IMG/VR virus record: IMGVR_UViG_3300032227_000349
Location: 1-34,416 of that record
Length of the DNA stretch: 34,416 nt
Source of the DNA: a virus
Lineage: Duplodnaviria > Caudoviricetes
Direction: 5' to 3' (one strand)
A program made the translations under genes and the position numbers. This document shows, in pieces, positions 18,625 to 25,981 of this stretch. Positions within the stretch are counted from its first letter, which is position 1. Every line of letters begins with the position of its first letter. The notes beneath the pieces are model-generated. The model had not been told where the DNA came from. It saw only the letters and a list, made by a program, of their open reading frames with translations, and ran no database searches.

Positions 18625-18681
18625 TGTGATGCAAATCACAGCCTCAAATGCTTGACGGGCACGCGGTCATCATGCGACCAT
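18625..18681 (+). promoter_or_regulatory. Early promoter 5 with CRP/GlxR box
   Basis: TGTGAtgcaaaTCACA 18625-18640; TTGACG 18652-18657; 18-bp spacer; GACCAT. Confidence 0.75.
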
Positions 18682-18731
18682 TGAGGCACTGGTAACAATC
18701 CCGTTACCTACAAGCACAGGAGAAAAAGCAG

Positions 18732-19298
18732 ATGAAGAAAGCAGAACTAAAGGCAGGCGTTGCATACTATGCAACCTCTCGCAATAACAACATGGAGACA
18801 TACCATGAGTCATGTTTTAAGACACACAAACAGCACGAACACAATCGCTACTATGTAATGTTTGATGAAGATGGACAACCAAAGACTGGATACAGAAGCC
18901 CAAGCGTTATATGGATGACCAACTGCACGACCTATGGAGCCGACTGTCCAACTCACCGACCACGCGAAGGCTGGTCAGGAATTGCATGTCCTAAGACAGA
19001 CTTCCGACTCATGGACATCCGCGATGAATACTGGTCAGTAATAAAGCGCATGATTCAGCGCCGTAAAGAGCGCCCAACTAAGGACATCAGAGCAGAGCGC
19101 CTACGCCGTATCGCCAAGCGCAATCAAACAAAACAAGAAGAACCAATCAAGGCAGAATTCTATTCTGTCTTAAGTCAGGTTACTGGAGACTACTGCTCAT
19201 CATGGCACACACTCGGTGGGTTCAGCGTTGAGGAGATGGCAAAGATTACCAAGGCACTCAAGGCAAGCATGCCAGCGGTCATGGCGGTGGCATCATGA
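18732..19298 (+). CDS. Hypothetical early protein (188 aa)
   Basis: ORF with ACAGGAGA RBS at 18716-18723. Confidence 0.8.
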   Translation: MKKAELKAGVAYYATSRNNNMETYHESCFKTHKQHEHNRYYVMFDEDGQPKTGYRSPSVIWMTNCTTYGADCPTHRPREGWSGIACPKTDFRLMDIRDEYWSVIKRMIQRRKERPTKDIRAERLRRIAKRNQTKQEEPIKAEFYSVLSQVTGDYCSSWHTLGGFSVEEMAKITKALKASMPAVMAVAS

Positions 19299-19483
19299 CC
19301 TGTAGTTTTTGCGGTGCGAAGGGTGTGAAACTTGATGCCATAAATTATGGCGGAAAGTTGGTGATGCGATGCATATCATGCAAGGTGCTTGATGGGGTGC
19401 AAGCAGACAGCACCGAGACAATCTGCGGAGACTGCCTTATCCCCCTATCCACATGCCAACATGCCAAGGAGTACAAGAGATGA
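19295..19483 (+). CDS. Cys-rich Zn-finger protein (62 aa)
   Basis: CSFC, CISC, CGDC, CQH; ATGA overlap with the upstream gene. Confidence 0.65.
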   Translation: MTCSFCGAKGVKLDAINYGGKLVMRCISCKVLDGVQADSTETICGDCLIPLSTCQHAKEYKR

Positions 19484-19641
19484 AACTAAATAGACGAGGC
19501 AAGCGAGTGCGTTCTGTCTTAATACTTATCATCATAATCGGTGGCGTTTGGTTCACATCAACACATCACCGAGTCTATGGCAACTGCCATCAGACCATTG
19601 AAGGATACACATGCGACCTAATCAGATGGGAGAAAAACTAA
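19480..19641 (+). CDS. Small single-pass membrane protein
   Basis: MKLNRRGKRVRSVLILIIIIGGVWF: basic N-terminus then a TM helix; ATGA overlap at 19480. Confidence 0.7.
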   Translation: MKLNRRGKRVRSVLILIIIIGGVWFTSTHHRVYGNCHQTIEGYTCDLIRWEKN

Positions 19642-19880
19642 TGAGCAGACAACATCACTATGCAATTATGTTTGACGAAGCAACAAATCGTTGGAGCATA
19701 GACATAGACACAGAAGAAAAAGTCTTTTACGAAGGCTCTATCTACAACACAGCAACTCGCAAGTGGGAGTATGGGTATGCAGGTGACGGCAACTTCATCG
19801 GCAGAGAACAAGAACTTACCGAAGCGATAAGCGAATTCCTAGATAAACAAAATGAATTGTTACTTAAGACAGAGATGTGA
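19641..19880 (+). CDS. Hypothetical acidic early protein
   Basis: Start at MSRQHH (TAATG coupling), 79 aa. Confidence 0.7.
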   Translation: MSRQHHYAIMFDEATNRWSIDIDTEEKVFYEGSIYNTATRKWEYGYAGDGNFIGREQELTEAISEFLDKQNELLLKTEM

Positions 19881-19931
19881 CCAACATCACACCACAAATG
19901 CTTGACTTACTATGCCAACGGATGGCAGAGT
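19876..19931 (+). promoter_or_regulatory. Early promoter 6 with CRP/GlxR box
   Basis: TGTGAccaacaTCACA 19876-19891; TTGACT 19902-19907; 18-bp spacer; TGg-CAGAGT. Confidence 0.75.
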
Positions 19932-19961
19932 AATCACTACCAACTAGAACAGGAGAACAAA

Positions 19962-20303
19962 ATGTCAGACGAAAAGATTACAATCAGTGTTGAGGTTAAC
20001 CGTCAGGAACTATGGGATGCAGTCTTTGGTTCAGCATGGGAATCCTTTGGCACTCACTGGTACTCATGTGAATACCTTGGCGATACATCTTGGGATGTCA
20101 TCGGTCAGGTCAAACTGGTAGCCATTGACGAGGTTACCTTACTTAAGACAGAAAAGATTGTCGGCATTGAGGAGTTAGCCAAAGCCTTACCTATTGCCAA
20201 CGAGCAGGTATCTATGGACTTGTTCGACTTTGATGATTACGATGCTATCTGCGGTGATGCAGTGTTACAGGTGGCTGTACTTGGAGAGGTGGTGTATGGC
20301 TAA
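19962..20303 (+). CDS. Hypothetical acidic phage protein
   Basis: Start MSDEK after ACAGGAGA (19949-19956); C-terminus DYDAICGDAVLQVAVLGEVVYG. Confidence 0.8.
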   Translation: MSDEKITISVEVNRQELWDAVFGSAWESFGTHWYSCEYLGDTSWDVIGQVKLVAIDEVTLLKTEKIVGIEELAKALPIANEQVSMDLFDFDDYDAICGDAVLQVAVLGEVVYG

Positions 20304-20476
20304 TGACTACCATGACAAAAGAGTGGGTCAGTTACTGGTATGTATGCACATCATGTGATGCCTCTATCGAGATAGTAACAAGACGAACTAAAAATCGTGC
20401 ACCTCAATGCACATGCAAGCACAGCCATGTAGTTCTATGTCAGCAATCAGTTGTTGATAAGAAAGTTATGGCTTAA
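20303..20476 (+). CDS. Small Zn-ribbon protein (57 aa)
   Basis: MTTMTKEWVSYWYVCTSCDASIE...APQCTCKH...DKKVMA*; TAATG coupling. Confidence 0.7.
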   Translation: MTTMTKEWVSYWYVCTSCDASIEIVTRRTKNRAPQCTCKHSHVVLCQQSVVDKKVMA

Positions 20477-20479
20477 GAC

Positions 20480-20629
20480 ATGAACCCAACCGAACGCAGA
20501 CAAGTACAACGCCTTGCTAAGCGAGCGCGTGACCAACGCAACGCCACGACAGACAACGAATCGTTTGACTATTGGCAAGGCGTTATGGAAAACTTACTCA
20601 ACCAACTAAAGACAGGAGACAACAAGTGA
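20480..20629 (+). CDS. Hypothetical protein (49 aa)
   Basis: MNPTERRQVQRLAKRARDQRN...LKTGDNK*; fills the gap in the operon. Confidence 0.6.
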   Translation: MNPTERRQVQRLAKRARDQRNATTDNESFDYWQGVMENLLNQLKTGDNK

Positions 20630-20739
20630 GTGAGCCACAGTACCTAGAGGGTGACGACATAGCCCTTGGTAAAGACGAAGAAGATACCGAACCCAACCCA
20701 CAATACGACACACTTGAGGAGATGTACGGAGATGACTAA
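20626..20739 (+). CDS. Highly acidic micro-protein (37 aa)
   Basis: GTG start overlapping the upstream TGA; AGACAGGAGA RBS at 20610-20619; MSEPQYLEGDDIALGKDEEDTEPNPQYDTLEEMYGDD*. Confidence 0.65.
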   Translation: MSEPQYLEGDDIALGKDEEDTEPNPQYDTLEEMYGDD

Positions 20740-20995
20740 GCAACTAGAAGTCGGTGCATTACTTAAGACAGAAACTGCATACGACAAGGACATGAACATC
20801 ACCTTTGATGGTCAGGAGATACGAGTTATCCTGCATTGGGATGACCACGATGGCTTTGATATTCAGTGGCTTGACCTTGAAGGCAGATGGATTCAGGCAC
20901 CAGCATGGGCAGACAAGATTGAGGAAGATGGCGAGATGTCGGTTGGATTCTTTCTTGATTCACTGGAGGCACACACTAAGAAGGAGACACCATGA
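20732..20995 (+). CDS. Hypothetical acidic early protein
   Basis: Start MTKQLEVG after GAGGAG, 87 aa. Confidence 0.7.
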   Translation: MTKQLEVGALLKTETAYDKDMNITFDGQEIRVILHWDDHDGFDIQWLDLEGRWIQAPAWADKIEEDGEMSVGFFLDSLEAHTKKETP

Positions 20996-21168
20996 CAGTC
21001 TTAATGCAGTGCCTTGGTTGTGGCACGACAGTAACCAATCCAAAAGTAATGAACTACATGTACGAGAAGTGCGACCCCTGCACCGACAAACAAAAAGAGA
21101 TGGAAGAAAGAGCGATAGATACTTTCTTACATGCCGAAGCCGAGAGAAAGTTGGAGCAAGATGCGTAA
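20992..21168 (+). CDS. Small Zn-finger protein (58 aa)
   Basis: MTVLMQCLGCGTT...EKCDPCTDKQKEMEE...*; AAGGAG RBS; ATGA overlap. Confidence 0.7.
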   Translation: MTVLMQCLGCGTTVTNPKVMNYMYEKCDPCTDKQKEMEERAIDTFLHAEAERKLEQDA

Positions 21169-21601
21169 TGACTTAAGACAGATACACCCACATGCCCGAC
21201 TGTGGATAGCAACTGCAATTATCTTAGGACTTATCTTAGTTCTTAAGCCAGCATCAAAGTTCATGGCACCACCACATGGCAAGGTGATTGCTTATTATCA
21301 GAACGATTACCAACGCTATGCCTTAGACAAACTCATAGAACAGGACAACCTCGAACAGTACCCCTGCCTTTATGAATTGTGGATGCGCGAGTCTAACTGG
21401 CGACCTCAAGCCCTTAACAAAAGCAGTAAGGCTCTAGGTATAGCGCAGTTAATGCCAGCCACATGGGTAAATATCAAGGCTAAGCCAACACTTGACGGAT
21501 ATAAACAGGTGGATTTTGGGTTGCGCTATCTCAAACACAGATATGGAAGCAAGGGTATATGCAGGGCATACGCCCATCACTTAGCCAAGGGGTGGTACTA
21601 A
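21161..21601 (+). CDS. Membrane-anchored lytic transglycosylase (SLT/lysozyme-like)
   Basis: N-terminal TM helix; catalytic RESNW, ALGIAQLM, YLKHRYG, C-terminal GWY. Confidence 0.85.
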   Translation: MRNDLRQIHPHARLWIATAIILGLILVLKPASKFMAPPHGKVIAYYQNDYQRYALDKLIEQDNLEQYPCLYELWMRESNWRPQALNKSSKALGIAQLMPATWVNIKAKPTLDGYKQVDFGLRYLKHRYGSKGICRAYAHHLAKGWY

Positions 21602-21945
21602 TGTTTAAGATTAAATTCTTTCGTGTATTAAGTCAGAGTTCACCACGCTATAAAGGTAACAATACAATTAGTTACCAGTTAAAGTATGACCCTAAGATGT
21701 GGCAAGGTGCATCATGTGCTGGCATAGACACCGAGTTTTTTTATCCACAACAGGATAAGTTTGAAGCAGGTGAGGCGGAGTTACTCAAGCGTATCTGTGT
21801 GGACTGCCCAGTCATGGAAGCCTGCCTTGAGTGGGGCGTAGCGATGGAAAGGTATGGAGTATGGGGTGCGACCACACCACACGAAAGGTTTGCTATCCGT
21901 AAGAGACACAACCTTATGGTCAATGACCCTCAGCACAACCCATGA
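21601..21945 (+). CDS. whiB: WhiB-family Fe-S transcription factor
   Basis: W..ASC...FFYP...ICVDCPVMEAC...YGVWGATTPHER: four Cys plus the G(V/I)WGG-like turn. Confidence 0.95.
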   Translation: MFKIKFFRVLSQSSPRYKGNNTISYQLKYDPKMWQGASCAGIDTEFFYPQQDKFEAGEAELLKRICVDCPVMEACLEWGVAMERYGVWGATTPHERFAIRKRHNLMVNDPQHNP

Positions 21946-21951
21946 TATAGT
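21923..21951 (+). promoter_or_regulatory. Promoter for the candidate small RNA
   Basis: ATGACC-17 bp-TATAGT with extended -10 TG at 21943-21944; no plus-strand gene downstream. Confidence 0.55.
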
Positions 21952-21957
21952 TCTAAT

Positions 21958-22046
21958 GTTCACCAGCCCCTACGAAGGGGAAGCGCAGAGGTTGGTGAAC
22001 TTAGAAAAGCCCATCAGATTCTCTCCTGTCTCTGGTGGGTTTCTCT
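21958..22046 (+). ncRNA. Candidate two-hairpin small RNA; second hairpin also a likely terminator between convergent operons
   Basis: Stem GTTCACCAGCC/GGTTGGTGAAC (21958-22000); stem AAGCCCATCAGA/TCTGGTGGGTTT (22007-22042) with loop TTCTCTCCTGTC. Confidence 0.55.
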
Positions 22047-22584
22047 ATGTATTAAGACCGAGTTCTTTAGCCAACATAAATACTTCATCACTTAAGTCAT
22101 CAAGAGTTCCATCGTTGTAGATAACATGACTAAACATATAGTTATCCATTGCATGTTCAGAAGCGTGACCATTAACAGCACTGTGATTGTGTCGGTTGAT
22201 ACGCCACACTGTGCCACCTAACTTCTTGATTGCATCTGCTTCATTAGGAAAGCGAACATCAGATATAACAACACGGTCATCCTGTCTTAAGTCACGCATC
22301 GCCATCTTAATCCACACATCATCGCCAATCATCTTGCGACCAAACTCTGTGCCAAGTACCTGCAATAGACGGCGAACTTCTGGATTCTTCTTTGCTATAT
22401 CCCAGCCATAGTCATCTACATAATCAGAGACACGAGTGATGCTATCTAATCTTGGGTTAATAATCTGTAACGCATGTCGCATCGGGTCAGCAAAAGCACG
22501 GCGTTGGTATTCGTAATTAAGACACAACAATTCAGCAGTTGAATCTTTACCTGACTGTGCGTACCCACTCAAACCGATAATCAT
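22045..22584 (-). CDS. Deoxynucleoside monophosphate kinase
   Basis: IIGLSGYAQSGKDS P-loop, FADPMR, RRLLQVLGTEFGR, ISDVRFPNEA, HASE. Confidence 0.92.
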   Translation of the reverse strand: MIIGLSGYAQSGKDSTAELLCLNYEYQRRAFADPMRHALQIINPRLDSITRVSDYVDDYGWDIAKKNPEVRRLLQVLGTEFGRKMIGDDVWIKMAMRDLRQDDRVVISDVRFPNEADAIKKLGGTVWRINRHNHSAVNGHASEHAMDNYMFSHVIYNDGTLDDLSDEVFMLAKELGLNT

Positions 22585-22709
22585 TTAGATATACCCCACC
22601 ATATACCAATGGCTAAGCCACCGATGTACAACTCAACGCACTTGAGGTGCTTGTAATGTACTAATCCAATACAAAACATACGCCAGTTAAACTCACTTGT
22701 TATTGTCAT
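22581..22709 (-). CDS. Small hydrophobic protein (42 aa)
   Basis: MTITSEFNWRMFCIGLVHY...GIWWGISK*; ATGA overlaps at both ends. Confidence 0.55.
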   Translation of the reverse strand: MTITSEFNWRMFCIGLVHYKHLKCVELYIGGLAIGIWWGISK

Positions 22710-23359
22710 TGCTCTTGCTCCTTGTCGGGTTTGCGGTATCTGCGATTGTTCCATTGTGGTTGTTCACCACCTAGTCTTTCTTGCAATTTAGTAAGCGCAC
22801 GAGACACACGCTTACGGATAGCCTCGTCACTAACGCCATACTCAACGGCTAGTGCATCTATATCCATGCCACCATCTGCGAACCTACGATTCAACAGCAG
22901 GTTGTCTTGTTCATTTAGTTTCTTAAGACCGAACGATACATCAGAGAGCATAGCCTCACGATTCATACCCTCATTAGGTTTACTTGTTGTGGATATGAAC
23001 TCATCTCGTGGCGTGGATGATGCAGTCCATGACTCATACGCCCACACATCTTTAAGTAACTCTTGTAGTACCTCATGTGTGTAATAGAAAGCATCCGATG
23101 GCAAAGACTTAGCACGATGTGCTCTCTCTTTAGCAGCAAACTTCTGCGATTCATTGTTAAAGGTACGCTTAAGTTTGAATATGAGTGAGTCTTGTTCTTC
23201 CCACTCCTCAATCTTATGCCAGTGTTCTAGTGCCCATAGGTTAAGGTGTTGGAACACATCATCAGCAGTGACTAGGTTGCGGTGGATACGGGTACATCTA
23301 GTAGCCGAGGCACGAGCACACCGATAGACAACTTCCCATAGTGCATCTTTCTCAGTCAT
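22706..23359 (-). CDS. Sigma70/ECF-like RNA polymerase sigma factor
   Basis: Region 2-like ADDVFQHLNLWAL; region 4 HTH LNEQDNLLLNRRF...LAVEYGVSDEAIRKRVSRALTKL. Confidence 0.8.
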   Translation of the reverse strand: MTEKDALWEVVYRCARASATRCTRIHRNLVTADDVFQHLNLWALEHWHKIEEWEEQDSLIFKLKRTFNNESQKFAAKERAHRAKSLPSDAFYYTHEVLQELLKDVWAYESWTASSTPRDEFISTTSKPNEGMNREAMLSDVSFGLKKLNEQDNLLLNRRFADGGMDIDALAVEYGVSDEAIRKRVSRALTKLQERLGGEQPQWNNRRYRKPDKEQEQ

Positions 23360-23738
23360 CCTTTAGTTTCCTCGTTGCCTCTAGTAAATCATCAACTGTA
23401 ATGAGATAGCCCTTGCTTCTATTCGGGGGAATCTCACAAGTAATCTCTCTACCACCATGTCTTAAGGCATAGTGTACATGGGAACGCGGAACCATGATGA
23501 CACCGTGCTCTAATACAAACGCCCAGTAGTCAGCCTCACTTGCCATTAAACCTGATGGCTCCCATGATTGCGACCTCTGATACCAACACTCAACTTCAAC
23601 ATATAAGTTGTTAGTCATGTGCCACTTGCGGTCACGCTTTACTTCTACTGTCTTGCCCTTGGTAAGTAGTTCTTCTACTAAGTTCTCGCCACCTTTACCG
23701 TAGCCAAAATCTAAATCAAATGAAGAAAGGTTAGCCAC
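23352..23738 (-). CDS. Conserved phage protein, PD-(D/E)XK-like fold
   Basis: GE..VE...VEVKRD...NLYVE...SGL...ADYWAF pattern. Confidence 0.55.
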   Translation of the reverse strand: MANLSSFDLDFGYGKGGENLVEELLTKGKTVEVKRDRKWHMTNNLYVEVECWYQRSQSWEPSGLMASEADYWAFVLEHGVIMVPRSHVHYALRHGGREITCEIPPNRSKGYLITVDDLLEATRKLKDD

Positions 23739-24357
23739 CTATGCCTGCTCGCCGATGTAATCCTTCTGCACCTTCGGCTAGGTACACATCATTAACATCC
23801 TGACCTTCGGGCATAAAGACAGGGAACACATTGTCTAGTTCACGACTAAGGTTCTTAGCCATCTCACGACCAGCGTTGTCACCATCACATAATAAGATTA
23901 CTTTATCCCAGTCAGCCAACACACGGGCATAAAAAGATTTCCAGTTGTTAGCACCAGGTAATCCAATGGCAGTGAACCCAGCCTGTGTTGCTACGACTGT
24001 ATCTAATTCACCTTCGCATACAACTAACGATGTTGTATCATCATTGAGTGCGTTGATATTAAAGATGTGAGTCGTTGCACCTGGGCGTGACATGTACTTC
24101 GGTCCGTTAGCATCCTGACTTAAGGCACGAAAGCGTATGTCAATGCAACCCGATGGTGTCATGTACGGGATAGATAACTTGCCAGCGTATGGCTCGTGTC
24201 CAATCTCAGGATTCTTTACGAAGCCGAGGCGAAACATACGAGCCGTTGCTTCTGTTATACCGCGACTCTCCAGATACGGAAGAATCTCTGCGAGGTTTTG
24301 ACCGTAGTTCTCCGTTGCTCTCTCCAGTAATTCTCTCTGCGATTTGCTTAGCCTCAT
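23731..24357 (-). CDS. DNA primase, TOPRIM part
   Basis: YLESRGI, PKYMS, VVCEGELD, LCDGDNAG, DVND. Confidence 0.92.
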   Translation of the reverse strand: MRLSKSQRELLERATENYGQNLAEILPYLESRGITEATARMFRLGFVKNPEIGHEPYAGKLSIPYMTPSGCIDIRFRALSQDANGPKYMSRPGATTHIFNINALNDDTTSLVVCEGELDTVVATQAGFTAIGLPGANNWKSFYARVLADWDKVILLCDGDNAGREMAKNLSRELDNVFPVFMPEGQDVNDVYLAEGAEGLHRRAGIGG

Positions 24358-24586
24358 TGAAAGTAACTCCTTCTTTCTTCATAATGATTGAGTACACATC
24401 GCCAGCCATGTCGCAGCCGAAGCATCTGAACCCACCGTTTTCTGTATTAAGACGGGCAGACTTTACTCTGTCTCCGTGAAAGGCACAACGAACTGTTATC
24501 CAGCCACGCTTACCTTGGGGTATATCAAATCCGTAATGTTCTAGTACCTTGGCAAGGTCATGCTTAGAGTTTTGCAATAGCATCAC
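24206..24586 (-). CDS. DNA primase, CHC2 zinc-binding part
   Basis: CAFHGDRVKS...FRCFGCDMAGD...EGVTFNEA. Confidence 0.9.
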   Translation of the reverse strand: MMLLQNSKHDLAKVLEHYGFDIPQGKRGWITVRCAFHGDRVKSARLNTENGGFRCFGCDMAGDVYSIIMKKEGVTFNEAKQIAERITGESNGELRSKPRRDSSVSGESRYNRSNGSYVSPRLRKES

Positions 24587-24929
24587 TGAGCCTTTGTACT
24601 ACATAGGACTCCTCAATGCCTTTGTTAGAAGCCTTGATGATAACCAATGGCGTAGGTGCTACCTTTAATTTCTTAGCGATGCGATAGTTCTCTGCCTCTA
24701 CCTGTGCCTCACGAATCCAGCCAGATAAATCTATCTTGCCATCACGCCGTGGTGCCTTGGCTTCAAGAACATAAGAATCATTTACTGTCTTAAGAAAGAC
24801 ATCGCCTATGTCATTGCGACCAGCACGAGGTAAGCGTTGTGCTTCATACTCGTTGTCAATAAACCAATCGGCAAGGTCAATCTCAAAGGCTGCACCTCTG
24901 CGTTTATTACTCTGCTGTTGTGTTGCCAT
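24564..24929 (-). CDS. Holliday junction resolvase (Hjc-like)
   Basis: Start MATQQQ; KRRGAAFE...DIGDV...VLEAK. Confidence 0.8.
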   Translation of the reverse strand: MATQQQSNKRRGAAFEIDLADWFIDNEYEAQRLPRAGRNDIGDVFLKTVNDSYVLEAKAPRRDGKIDLSGWIREAQVEAENYRIAKKLKVAPTPLVIIKASNKGIEESYVVQRLSDAIAKL

Positions 24930-25638
24930 TTGTCTGCCTTTCTGCTGCTGCTGCTGCTTGCCAATACAATGCATAGTAATTCTCATCATAAGCAAAGCGC
25001 TTCATGTGTTTAACAACGGCACCAGTGTGTGCATACACATCAACGCCAGCCTTCTTAAGGTTACGGAAGAACACAATGTCCTCTCCAACATACTTATCTC
25101 CCAGCCCTTCCTTCTCAGCAAAGACTGAGTAGTCAGGTGATACAGCACGCAACTTAGGAACAACACTGCGATGCATAAGGGTCAGACCTAATCCAGCACA
25201 GTCAACCTTTACCACTTCATCCTTAGGTAGTGGGTGTAAGTATCTAATCTCATACTCACTTACCTCATGGAACAAAGCAGGCATAGGTTGCATCAGTGAT
25301 GATTCCATTTGCTTGGAGATAAAGTAAGTACCACATACAACTGGCTTAGTATTCTTATCGGCAATTTTCCATAACATTTCAAGCACATCAGTGGTGAGTA
25401 CAATGTCAGAGTCAACCCATAACAACCAGTCTGTCTTTACCTTGTCATACCACATGTCCATCAGCGCTTGGCGTTGTCTGCCAATCTGATTACCTTGCAC
25501 ACGGATAGCGTTGTTAATCGCCATCTTGTGGGATGGTGCAGTCACCGTTGTGTACATAATACCTTCGGCAAACTTTCCATCTACCATACCGTTATCACAC
25601 CACCCAATGGATAGCGTTTCCTGATTACTGTTAGCCAT
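24907..25638 (-). CDS. Glycosyltransferase, GT-A/GT2-like
   Basis: WLLWVDSD (DxD), CAGLGLTLMHRSV, GEDIVFF, VKHMK; start MANSNQ after AGAGG. Confidence 0.85.
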   Translation of the reverse strand: MANSNQETLSIGWCDNGMVDGKFAEGIMYTTVTAPSHKMAINNAIRVQGNQIGRQRQALMDMWYDKVKTDWLLWVDSDIVLTTDVLEMLWKIADKNTKPVVCGTYFISKQMESSLMQPMPALFHEVSEYEIRYLHPLPKDEVVKVDCAGLGLTLMHRSVVPKLRAVSPDYSVFAEKEGLGDKYVGEDIVFFRNLKKAGVDVYAHTGAVVKHMKRFAYDENYYALYWQAAAAAERQTNGNTTAE

Positions 25639-25981
25639 GTATATCCTCTGTCTCGTCAAGAACTCTAAGGGCGCTCTCGCCCATATCTTTAAATGAATTA
25701 GCCATGTTGATTAACTGCTCCGCAACATCTGCAACACAGTCATCACCATGTGGTTCACGAAGATGTTTACCTAGTTGTTCAATGTAATCTGCAAACTGAA
25801 TAGCCTCTAACCAAATAGTATTGGGGTCGTATATCTGTTTAGTTGCTTCATCTATCTGCTCAATAACATTGGGTAACTCAGAGAGTATCGCTTCCTGAAT
25901 CTCCGTTGGTACCTTCATCTTCTTTAACACCTTGCTCACTTCCTCTTGTGAAAGTGACGATGTTCCCATTGATATACGCAT
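25631..25981 (-). CDS. Hypothetical acidic helical protein (start uncertain)
   Basis: Fills the gap before the glycosyltransferase; candidate starts 25981, 25969 or later. Confidence 0.6.
   Translation of the reverse strand: MRISMGTSSLSQEEVSKVLKKMKVPTEIQEAILSELPNVIEQIDEATKQIYDPNTIWLEAIQFADYIEQLGKHLREPHGDDCVADVAEQLINMANSFKDMGESALRVLDETEDIHG

Noticed and set aside
20805-21176. 123-aa ORF from the track
   Set aside because: Overlaps two better-supported genes (20732-20995 and 20992-21168)
16778-21179. CRISPR array or attC-type integron suggested by the recurring motif and the Cas4-like gene
   Set aside because: Repeats are 14 bp or less, irregularly spaced and often inside genes; no cas1, cas2 or integrase is present; solo Cas4-like nucleases are common in phage replication modules
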